Of a DNA stretch of 64,000 nt, positions 25,288 to 35,922 are shown one piece after another; within the stretch, counting starts at the first letter, position 1, and each line of letters starts with the position of its first letter. The notes beneath the pieces were generated by a model. The model was not told where the DNA came from. It worked only from the letters and a program-made list of their open reading frames with translations, and searched no databases. Origin of the DNA: Malacoraja senta (Eukaryota); contig CM075989.1 in the NCBI GenBank assembly GCA_038087875.1, positions 5,146,001-5,210,000 of the forward strand, given 5' to 3'. The position numbers were made by a program, and so were the translations under genes.

Positions 25288-26058
25288 CATGATCATAATA
25301 ATGATCATAATCATACTTTATTAGCCAAGTATGTTTTGCAACATACGAGGAATTTGATTTGCCACACAGTCATACCAATAAAAGGCAACAAAACACACTA
25401 AATACATTTTAACATAAACATCCACCACAGTGACTCCTCCACATTCCTCACTGTGATGGAAGGCGACATTTTTTAAAATCTCTCCCCTTCTTTGTCCTGC
25501 AGCGGTCGGGGACCTCTAACCTTCCGTTGACGGGACGATCACTTACTCCGGTAGCCAGCGACGGGCCTCCACATCTGGGCAATCTAGCTCCTGCATCAGG
25601 GGGGGATCTCAGCTCCTCCGCGCCGGACCATCTAACCCGGGTTTGGGCTAGTCGAGCGTCGTGCGGCCTTTGGAGCTTCCCGACTAGATTTCTCCCGAGA
25701 CTGCGAGCTTCCCGATGTTAAAGTCCACAGGTCGCGGTTGGAGCGTTGATCCCAGGCAAGGAATTGGCTCAGATGGTGAGTCCGCGCCCTGCGGTGGGGC
25801 TCAAAGTCATTCCCGAGCAAGGCCTCCAGCTCCACGATGTTAGGCCGCAGAGTGACCGGAGATACGACCCGGAAAAGAATCGCATCTCCGGCAAGGTAAG
25901 AGATTGAATAAAAGTTTTCCCCGACCCCCTCCCCCACCCCCCACATAAAACAAACCAGAGAGCATTACCACAAACTTTTTAAACACACGAAAACCCCCCC
26001 CCCAAAAAACGAGAAGGACAGACAGACTGTAGGCGAGGCTGCCATCGAAGCGCCACCC
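25288..26058 (-). mobile_element. GC-rich structured non-autonomous retroposon, copy B
   Basis: Same architecture as copy A on the minus strand; hairpins at 25856-25891 and ~25422-25460; tail aaattcctcgtatgttgcaaaacatacttggctaataaa+(ATGATT)n. Confidence 0.7.
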
Positions 26059-26949
26059 GGTGGTATGTGGAGGCATCCCAAATAAAGTTGGCAGTGAGTG
26101 GATAGCAACATATGGGATGAAACAATTCCCTCACCCCCGCAGACACCGGCTTATTGACATCAAGACTTGTTCCTTTCAAAATCTCTTGATAGTGATGCTA
26201 AAATGTCCATCTTCCCTCTGTTGTGAGCAGTCTACCGACCTATGCACATCATTCACACAAAGGAGCCCACACAGATCCTGATCACATTAGCACATTGAAC
26301 GGTATAAGCTCATGTTCATAAGTCATTGGAGCAGAATTAGGCCATTCAGCCCATCGAGTCTTCCTCGCCATTCAATCATGGCTGATCTATCTTTCCCTCT
26401 CAAGCCCATTATAGACAATAGACAATAGGTGCAGGAGTAAGCCATTGAGCCCTTCGAGCCAGCACCGCCATTCAATGTGATCATGGCTGATCATCCACAA
26501 TCAGTACCCCGTTCCTGCCTTATCCCCATATCCCCTGACTCCGCTATCTTTAAGAGCCCTATCCAGCTTTCTCTTGAAAGTATCCAGAGAACCGGCCTCC
26601 ACTGCCCTCTGAGGCAGAGAAATCCACAGACTCACAATTCGCTGTGTGAAAAAGTGTTTCCTCATCTCCGTTCTAAATTGGTTACTCCTTATTCTTAAAC
26701 TGTGGCCCCTGGCTTCTCCTGCCTTCTCCACCATAACCCTTGACATCCTTACAAATCAAGAAGCTGTTAATCTCCACCTTAAAATACCCAATGACTTGGC
26801 CTCCACAGCCGTCTGTGGCAATGAACAGGCACTGTGGTTCACAATGTCTGTGATGAACACGATGCCAAGTTAAACTCATCTCATTTGCCTGCACATGATC
26901 TGTATCCCTCCATTTCCTGCATATCTTTGTGCCTATCTGAAAGCCACTT

Positions 26950-27658
26950 TAAGATAAGATAAGATAAGATAAGATAAGACTTTATTAATCCCCTTATTCA
27001 GGAGAAATTAGGATGTCCTTGCAGCACACTAATAAAAATACAACATAGTGTTCAAAAAGAAGTTCAACACAAAAACATCCCCCCACAATGGTTCCCACTG
27101 TGGGGGAAGGCACAAAGTCCAGTCCCCATCCTCTTGTCCACCCAGAGTCGGGCCCACTGAGGCTCCACAGTCCCGCCACGGCGCCCAATATTCTCGCCCA
27201 GGCTCCGGGATGTACCATTCAGCGTCGCAGCTGGCCGCTCCACAGAACCGCGGCTCCACGATGTTCCCATCGGCGGTCCCAGCATACTGGAGTCCCAGCG
27301 CGGCGACCCAGGAAAGGCATCGCCCGCTCCACGACAGCGCTCCAGCGCTGCACCGCCGCCAAAGCCGATGTTCTGCGCCGCCGCCAAAGCCGGTGTTCTG
27401 GCCAGGTCCCCCAGGGAAACCCGCTCCAGGACCAGCTGGTAGGCCGCAAGGACAGGTCGAAGGCGCTGCTCGGAGGAAGGCAACCCCTCCGACCAGGTAG
27501 GGACTCGAAAAACAGTTTCCCCCTTCCCCCCCACCACCCCCCACACATAAAAAGATTAGGCCCCCTGACTGCACACTCAACGTACTAAAAATAATAAAAA
27601 AAGAAGGGAAAAAGACGGACAGCTGCAGGACAGGCAGCCGTTCAGGACAGCGCCTCCA
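26950..27658 (-). mobile_element. GC-rich structured non-autonomous retroposon, copy C
   Basis: Body closely similar to copy E (41863-42700); (TCTTA)n tail on the minus strand. Confidence 0.7.
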
Positions 27659-27967
27659 GTGCCTATACCACTATGGTGACTGCCTCCACTACCACCCAAC
27701 CTGTTCCACGGACCAACCACTCTCTTTTTAAAAATAACTTGCCCCTCTCACCTTAAAGATATTCGCTCTAGTCTTTGTCATTTTTATCCTGAGCAAAAAG
27801 GTTCTGATTGTCTACCTTATCTGTAGCTCTCATCATTCTATAAGAGTGGCACAGCTGGTAGAACCAAAGATTATATAGCGGAGCAAGATGCGCCACTCAG
27901 CGAAAAAAGCGTAGTATGACATGGGTGATTGTTGACGCCATTTTACCGGACTGCCTCGACTACCGTC

Positions 27968-28077
27968 ATGGCGTCTACATCTAAATCTTCATCTCACTGC
28001 TCTGCTATCAATTGCTCTAATCGTCAATGTAGACGACCCGACCTGTCATTCTTTAGGTTCCCCAATAAAAAGGAAAG
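27968..28077 (+). pseudogene. THAP zinc-finger first coding exon of a transposase (orphan exon 1)
   Basis: GTCATGG start, MASTSKSSSHCSAINCSNRQCRRPDLSFFRFPNKKE(R), then AG|GTGAGA donor. C-x4-C...FFRFP is the THAP N-terminal signature. Too short for the ORF track; no downstream exons recognised. Confidence 0.85.
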
Positions 28078-28451
28078 GTGAGAAAATATTATTATTTTCT
28101 GTCGATATTATTCTGAACTGAAAATGTTATTTTCTGTCTCCCATCAACGGCCATTCATTGGGAAACTAGGTTTGTCGGTACATTAGAAAGTTATTAGAAT
28201 TATGTTTTAATAGATCTTTACTTACCACAATAATAAAGTCAATGATTTTAACACTTCTGCACGTTTTGGGTTTTGTTCTTGTAAGGCAGGGGTCTCCAAA
28301 ATATGGCCCGCGGGACACATTAGGCCCACCAGGAGATTTTCCGAGCTCAGATTCGAGTCCGGGAACGCGGCGGCTGTTACTGGTTATGTCCCTCGAATTG
28401 TCGAGACATCACAAACAAAGATCACAAGCCCGCCGTGAAGAAGGGTGCAAT

Positions 28452-28481
28452 CAAAGATTATAGAACGCTCTATAATCTTTG
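28452..28481. mobile_element. 30-bp P-type TIR remnant (footprint 1)
   Basis: ggtgcaat|CAAAGATTATAGAACGCTCTATAATCTTTG|ggtgcaat; 8-bp TSD. Confidence 0.85.
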
Positions 28482-28524
28482 GGTGCAATGGTGGGGCGGG
28501 GGGTTCGGCGGCGGCGGTCGGAAT

Positions 28525-28560
28525 CAAAGATACTAGAGGAGCTCTGCTCTATAATCTTCG
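28525..28560. mobile_element. 36-bp P-type TIR remnant (footprint 2)
   Basis: gtcggaat|CAAAGATACTAGAGGAGCTCTGCTCTATAATCTTCG|gtcggaat; 8-bp TSD; first 18 nt identical to the right TIR of the enclosing element. Confidence 0.85.
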
Positions 28561-28599
28561 GTCGGAATGGGACGGCTGCTCATTATAACGTGCTCTCGT

Positions 28600-28848
28600 T
28601 CCACTCTCCCTCTCCCCCTTTTCCCTCTCCCCCTTCTCCCTCTCCCCCTTCTCCCTCTCCCCATTCTCCCTCTCCCACCTTCTCCCCCTCCCTCTCCCCC
28701 TTCTCCCTCTCCCCTCCCTCTTCCCCCTCCCTCTTCCCCTTCTCCCCCTCCCTCTCCCCCTTCTCCCTCTCCCCTCTCTTTTTCCCCTTCTCCTTCTTTC
28801 CCCTTCTCTCTTTCCCCTTCTCCCTCTCTCTCTCTCCTCTTCTCTCGA

Positions 28849-28882
<34 letters not shown>

Positions 28883-28955
28883 CCTTTTCTCCCTCCCTCC
28901 CTTCCCTCTCTCCCTCCCTTCCCTCTCTCCCTCCCTTCCCTCACTCCCTCCCTTA
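28600..28955. repeat. CT-rich low-complexity polypyrimidine tract
   Basis: Seen directly. Confidence 0.95.
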
Positions 28956-29022
28956 CCTCTGCGTGAGAGTTGGCAGCCCTGCTATGCCTTAGGTCCAAAA
29001 GAGGATAGAAACACACACACAA

Positions 29023-29053
<31 letters not shown>

Positions 29054-31687
29054 GATTGAAAGAAAAAGGTTGCTAAACAAATTAGAGGAAATCTGAAGAA
29101 AGAAACTAGAGAAATATTTCAAGTCAAGTCACTTTTATTTATATAGCACATTTAAAAAACAACTCTCGCACAACGCCACGCGCTAGGCGTACGCCGTCAA
29201 GACGCTGCGTACGACATCGAGACGCTGCGTACGCCCGTCGAGACGCTGCGTATGCCCTCAATGCGCCTGCGGGCCGACAGACCGTTGGCGCGCGGGATTT
29301 TCGGACAGTGCAAGATTTTTCAAGCGACCACGTTTGGTCGTGCTAGACGCATGCAATCGCATGCTGGTGGGACAGGCCCTTAACTTGCCTCTCACACACA
29401 GGCACACACAAACACACATTCATATACATATATATATAAGTTAAATTTAATTTTGTGCACAGTGTGTGTTAAAGCAATACAAGGGAAGCTGCACAATACA
29501 ATGCAAGGGAAACTACGCAAAGGTGGCGGCTGAGGAGGAAAGATGGGAGGGAAATGGGGGAACAGGGGGTAAACATTTACAATAAAATTAACTAAAATAA
29601 GTGAGGTGATAGATGCGCTATATCAAACACTGTTCCCTACAACACTGATTACGTCAAGGATGATAGAGCGGAGTGCACAGCGGGAGGCATACCGGAAGTT
29701 GCGTTTTGCATTAAAAAATGGCAGCCGTGACGTTCCGTTGCGTACTACACGTCAGTCCATTGGATTTTGGAGGAGTGGCCTATTTTGCTCCTCTAGTATC
29801 TTTGGGTAGAACTGCTGCCTCACAGCACTAGAGACCCAAGTTCGATTCTGGCCTTGTGTACTGTTTGTCTGGAGTTTGCACGTTGTCCTTGCGACCACTT
29901 GGGTTTCCTCCGGGTGCTCCGGTTTCCTCCCACATCCAAAAGACATGTTGGTTTGTAGGATAATTGACCTCTGAAAATTGCCTCTATGATGTAGGGAGTA
30001 GATGAGAAAGTGGGATAACATAGAACTAGTGTGATCAATGGTTAGTATGGACCTAGCAGGCCGAAGAGCCTGTTCCATGCTGTATCTCTAAACAAAACTA
30101 AAGAGTTCAGTTGACCTTTAGATTTTACATTCAATTCCTTCATATGGTACATTAAAAAAAATAGCATTGCTCTGTTTAATTTTGAACTCCTGATCTTTTA
30201 ACAAGTTCACATCCTTCAAGTTAAGACTTGTATTCAAAGTATGAAGTCGTGCATGCTAAGTCCTTTTACTTAAAAAAATCAATTGGACAAAGGAGCTTTC
30301 TTCACTTCCCACACCTTTCTTTGATATGACAAAGGTGAATGAAGCAATGAGCTAAAGGTGACCTTGAATCTTTCACAGGTTGCATTAGAAAGTTTGCGTT
30401 TTTAATTCTGATTATTTAGAGTGTGTTTAAGGTAGTCAGATTTGGCCGTGTAGAATGGGCAAGAGTTGGACTCTTGAGCAAAACACAAAGTGCTGGAAGA
30501 ACTCAGAGGGCCAGGCTGCACCTGCGGAGGGAATGGTCAGACAATGTTTGGGGTCGGTGACCATTTGTCAGAATGATTGTAGAAGAGGGGAGAAAGCTGG
30601 CAATCTAACCCCCCCCCCTTCCCCCCCACTCACCTGTATCCACCTATCACTTGTCAGGTTTTGTCTTGCCCTCACCTCTTTCTTCCAGCTTTCTCCCCTC
30701 TGTTGCAGTCAGCCTGATGAAGTGTCCCAACCTGAAATGTCATCTATCCATTCCCGCCACTGATTTTGACTGACCCCCCTTGACCCCGGTCCTTTGTGCT
30801 TTGTACAAGAGTGACTTGTAGTGTTGGACCATTGGAAGTGATGTGAACCAGTGGGGAGGTCAGTACCTGTGATGGCCCGGGCAGTGTCTCCCACTATCTG
30901 ATGCCACCTTCGTTCCTGGGCGTTTGAGTTGCTGAGCCAGGCCGTGATGTGACCAGTCAATATCCTCTCCAAGCAACACACCGATAGAGGTTCAAGACAG
31001 GTTCAAGCCACAGAAGGATGTGGAGGCCAAGTCAATGGATATTTGTAAGGTAGAGATAGGTAGATTCTTGATTAATACGGGTATCAGGGGTTATGGGGAG
31101 AAGGCAGGAGAATGGGTTTAAGAGGGAGAGATAGATCAGCCGTGATTGAATGGCGGAGTAGACCTAATTCTGCTCCTATCTTTTATGAACTTGTGAAGAC
31201 AGAATTCGGCAACATAGCAAATCTCCTCAATCATCTGAGGAAAGTCCTGCCATTAACAGCATATTATAGACATAAAGAAGCTTAATCTGATTTTAACTGC
31301 CTCTTAACTGTCAACCGGTCCTAACCAGTCAGAGAAATTTCCTTTCTTCCATCCATCCTCCTCCTCCATTTCCTTCGACACTTAACCAACTTGTTTTTCT
31401 AGTTCCCAGTTGTGCTGAAGGATCATAGACCGGAAACATTATCTGTTTCTCTTCCCACAGATGTTGTCTGACCTTTGCTGAGTGTTTATAGTGGTTTCTG
31501 TTTGAAATGGCAGGTTAATATTTCGGGTGAGGAACCGGATCCAAATGGACTAATGGAGGCTGAATAAGAATATTAACAGACATGAACATCTCGGGGACAT
31601 TCACCAGGATCACAGACACTGAATAAATGCAAGCTGGTTTTGACATAGACGAGAAAAGGTTTAATAGGGTTAATTTCCTAATATTTT

Positions 31688-32112
31688 AGACACAAAATGC
31701 AGGAGTAACTCAGTGGGACAGGCAGCATCTCAGGAGAGAAGAAATGGATGACGTTTCGGGTCGAGACCCTTCTTCAGACTGATGTCAGGGGGGAGGAAGA
31801 TATATAGATAAGGAAGTGTCAGGTGTGAAAACAAGACAAAGGGGATGCCGATCCAGGAAAATGTAAAATAGATCATTGCCAGCTGGGAGAAGGTAACAAC
31901 AAAACAAAGCGATAACATGTAGTCGGAGACAGTCAGACTGGTCGGAGAACTGGGAAAGGGGGAGGGATGGAGAGAGAGGGATGCAAGGGCTACTTGAAGT
32001 TAGAGAAGTCAATGTTCATACCGCTGGGGTGTGAGCTGCCCAAGCGAAATATGAGGTGCTGTTCCTCCAATTTGCGCTGGGCCTCACTCTGACAATGGAG
32101 GAGGCACAGGAC
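31688..32112 (-). mobile_element. Penelope-like element 3' fragment with intact hammerhead-like core
   Basis: Minus strand encodes ...LLHCQSEAQRKLEEQHLIFRLGSSHPSGMNIDFSNFK*; CTGAAGAAGGGTCTCGACCCGAAACGTC at 31777-31750. Confidence 0.85.
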
Positions 32113-33693
32113 GGAAAATTCCAGAGCAGGAGTCAGAGCTGGAAGTACTTAAAGGCACATTATTCACACCCCCTTCCTGGAGATGCTGCCACCTACTCTT
32201 ACCCATAACTCTACCTCATTTGGTTATTCCATTACTGTACCTTTTAGTATATTTGCTATGCCTCACGTTTAGATTGCATTACAATCTTGCACCATTCTGC
32301 AGTGTTGCACTAATTGTTATATTTATGGCCTTATTTATCATTACTCTATGTATACTGTTTAGTCCATGTGATACAAGGTGGAAGGGGAAATGGAAGGGGG
32401 AGAAAGTAGGGAGCCTCCCTGCTAGTTGTGTTCACCTATCACAGATTCGAGGAAGACTGAGCCAGTGGGTCAAACCGGACACCAACACAAGACTGGGCTG
32501 CCGGGTAGAAGCCCTAGACAGCCAGCGCCTCTACTGAGGCTAAGTCTGCGTAGCCGGAGTCAGTCTGAGAACCCAGCGCCTCTTCCTGCCCACGGACAAA
32601 GAGAGTCCTGTGCCCTCAAACTGGCAAAGACTGAGCTGCCAGGTTAACCCAGGGACTGCCACACCTCCTCTCGAGGCAAGTGTGAACTGTAGGGAGAAGC
32701 CTGAGATTGCCACGCCTCCTCCTTCAAGATCATGACTGAGCTGCCGGGACAAGGCCGAGATCGCCAGCGTTGCCTCACGAAGGGCCTGGCGACGAGGGAC
32801 AGCGCCCCCGTGTGGTCCTGGACTTGCTTGTCACTGTAAATGAAACATATGTGAGTTCACTCTACAGCGAATGTTGGTGTGGTCAGCGTCAAACCCGGCG
32901 TCATCCCCGACGCCACAACATATAATAAGGAACAAACTTGCAACAAGCCACAGTGGCACCGCTGGTAGAGCTGGGGGTGGTGAGAGTCTCAGTCTCAGTC
33001 TTTTGTCGTGGGGTAGACTGAGACTGAGACTGACTCTCACCCCATCCCCCCCACCCCCCCCCCACCCCCACCTCCTCAATCTCTGCACATCCCCCAAGCC
33101 TTTCCACTCGTCACTTTAATTTAATGTTTCAAGTATTTTATGTTTTTTTATGACTGTTGGCAGATCAATATCCCTCCTGGGATAAATATTCTATCGCATT
33201 GTCGTATCGTATCGTATCGTAGCTGCTACCTCACAGCGCCAGAGACCAAGGATCGATCTTGACCTCGCGTGATGTCTGCACGGAGTTTGCACGTTCTCCT
33301 TGTGACCGCGTGGGCTTCCTCCGGGTGCTCCGGTCTCCTCCCACATCCCAATGACGTGCGGGTTTGCTGGTTAATCGGCCCTCTGTAAATGACCCCTAGT
33401 GTGTGGGGAGTGGATGAGGAAGTGCGATAACACAGAACTAGTGTGAACAGAAAATCAATGGTCGGCCTGGAATCAGCGGGACGAAGGGCCTGTTTCCACG
33501 CTTCATCTTTCAATCAGTGTTATAGATCAGACAAGGATGAGAGATAACAGATGGAAAATTATGAGCTGTCATTTCTACAAATGGAGGCCAATGACCTATT
33601 TATGAGTCCTTTAATCAAACACAGGACATGCTTAGACTTATGGCGGTGTGGCATTGTGACACAAAGGACCAAAATTCAGCCTCCAACCATTGA

Positions 33694-34027
33694 AGCTACC
33701 TGTCCCACTTGGCGTTTTTTTTTTCGGCAACTGCCGGCGACTGTCATGGTCGTAGCAGGTCGCCGAATAAACGGCGACAACCTACGTCATCCTGGCGACA
33801 ACCTACACCAGCACCTACGTCAGGAAAAGTCAAGCTACGATCATCGGCATCAAACCCACTGTCGCTGAAATTTTTTTTCAACATGTTGAAAATTTAGCGG
33901 CGACCAGAAAGAAGCTACGACTTTTTGCGCGACTGAGGAGACTACTCCCGGCGACCACCGGCGAACATGTGGCCACAAACTAGTCGCCTGTAGTTGCTCA
34001 AAATATCGCCTTAGTGGGATAGGCCCA
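33694..34027. mobile_element. PIF/Harbinger-type MITE (internally shorter relative of 20283-20857)
   Basis: cctgtcccacttggcg...tcgccttagtgggataggccc; TGA/TTA flanks; shared internal cctacgtcatcctggcgaca. Confidence 0.8.
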
Positions 34028-35385
34028 TTAGAAGATACGAGCTACAGATGCAGATTTACACCAAAACACACATATCAAATATAAAACCACATATAAAATT
34101 CTTAAGGGTTTAGACAGGCTAGATGCAGGAAAAAATGTTCCCGATGTTGGGGGATCCAGAATCAGGTGTCACAGTTTAAGAATAAGGGGTAGGCCATTGA
34201 GAACTGAGATGAGGAAAACTTTTCACCCAGAGAGTTGTGAATCTGTGGAATTCTCTGCCACAGAAAGCAGTGGAGGCCGATTCACTGGATGTTTTCAAGA
34301 GAGAGTTAGATATAGCTCGAAAGGCTAAGGGAATCAAGGGATATGAGGAGAAAGCAGGAACGGGATACTGATTTTGGATGATCAACCATGATCATATTGA
34401 GTGGTGGTGCTGGCTTGAAGGGCCGAATGGCCTACTCCTGCACCTATTTTCTATGTTTCTATGTAAAAAAGCTGGAGGAACTCAGCGTGTCAGACAGCAC
34501 CTGTGGTGAAAGGGAATAGGTGACGTTTTGGGTCGAGACCCTTCTTCAGACACTGAGTTAGATGATCCGAGCTGGCAGAGGGAAAGTAAAAGCAGTTTTT
34601 GTCGATCTAACTGAGGCTGGTCTCTTCCAAAGCTACCGACAGTGATTAGTTTAGTTTAGAGATACAGCATGAAAACAGGCCCTTCAGCCCACCAAGTCCA
34701 CGCCGACCATCCAACACACTAGGCAATTAACTTGCAAACCTTCATGTCTTTGGAATGTCAGAGGAAGCCAGTTCACACGGACAAAACCCACGCGGTCACA
34801 GGGAGAACGTGCAAACTCTGTACAGACAGCACCCAGAACCCAGGTCTCTGGAGCTGTGAGGCAGAAACTCTACTGCTGCACCACTATGGCGCCCCAAATT
34901 TGGGTGTTAGACTTCAGGCTACGGGGTGAAAATTAAAAGGACAATATAAAAAGGCAGGAATTTATGGTTTAAAAATACTCCTGAAACAGCCTGGTGTATT
35001 GTCTGATGATCAGAACTAAATGACCTGAGGTGATAATAGTTCCAAAGTCAAACATGGTAAATCACCTGTTGCCAAAACCCTTCTATTACATCCCTGCACA
35101 CTATTACATAATGGCTTATTGAGCATGGCTCGATCATGTTGGGCTTTTTTTTAAAGCATGGCATCAAATTCAGGCATGGAAAATCAAAAGAGTTCTATTT
35201 ATGTTTTTCACTAACCATATATCTGATCATGCTTGTGATGTCCAAGTTCCCACATCTGGAAAGATAGTTGCTTAAATCCATCTGAGGAAGGGTCCTGACC
35301 CGAAACATCGCTTGTCCATTGTGTTTTGCTCAGGATTCCAGTTTCTTGTGTCTCCTGGTTGTTCAAATGGGACTTCAGTTGTTCT

Positions 35386-35922
35386 AGTTTAGTTTAGTTT
35401 AGAGATACAGTACAGAAACAGGCTCTTCGGCCTACCGAGTCCGCGCTGACCAGCGATCCCCGCACACTAACACTATCCTGTGGAGGCCTCAATAGGCCCG
35501 ACTATGGGTGGTCATGGGATGGGGACTGGACTTTGTGCCTTCCCCCACAGTGGGAACCATTGTGGGGGGATGTTTTTATGTTTTATGTTAAATTTCTTTA
35601 ATGTTGTGTCTAAGTTGTGCTGCACGGCAAGACAAATTTCACCACACCATTTGGTGTATGTGACAATAAATGTCCTTTGTCCTTTGTCCTCCTTGTCCTT
35701 GTCCTACACATGCTAGGGACAATTTACAAATGTTACCCTAGCCAATTAGCCTACAAACCTGTACGTCTTTGTAGTGCGGGAGGAAACTGGAGCACCCGGA
35801 GAAAACGCTTGCGGGTCACGGGGAGAACGTACAGACTCTGTACAGACAGCAGCCATAGTCAGGATCGAACCCGGGTCTCTGGCGCTGTAAGGCAGCAACT
35901 CTACCGCTGCGCCACCGTGCTG
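35386..35922 (-). mobile_element. V-SINE (HE1-like) interrupted by a 5'-truncated GC-rich retroposon fragment (35480-35700, + strand)
   Basis: SINE ...cactatcct / tcctacaca... resumes after the insert, which matches 42488-42690. Further V-SINE copies at ~33222-33515, 34646-34893, 36372-36775, 37149-37450, 40200-40457, 43608-43883, 49402-49717, 51710-52010, 52738-52925, 62940-63243, 63520-63820. Confidence 0.85.

Larger units (their letters stand above)
27865..29804 (+). mobile_element. Non-autonomous P-superfamily (THAP) DNA transposon inserted in a V-SINE head
   Basis: Perfect 8-bp TSD ggtagaac (27857-27864, 29805-29812); ~31-bp imperfect TIRs CAAAGATTATATAGCGGAGCAAGATGCGCCACTC / GAGTGGCCTATTTTGCTCCTCTAGTATCTTTG; THAP exon ~100 bp inside the left end; host SINE (gtggcacagct-ggtagaac-tgctgcctcacagc) rejoins exactly and runs to ~30101. 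Confidence 0.85.

Noticed and set aside
28479..29054. Pro/Ser- and Arg/Glu/Gly-rich ORFs (also 41061-41355)
   Set aside because: Low-complexity CT/GA tracts.
33551..33868. 105-aa ATG-initiated ORF
   Set aside because: Second half runs into a Harbinger MITE; no domain or splice support.
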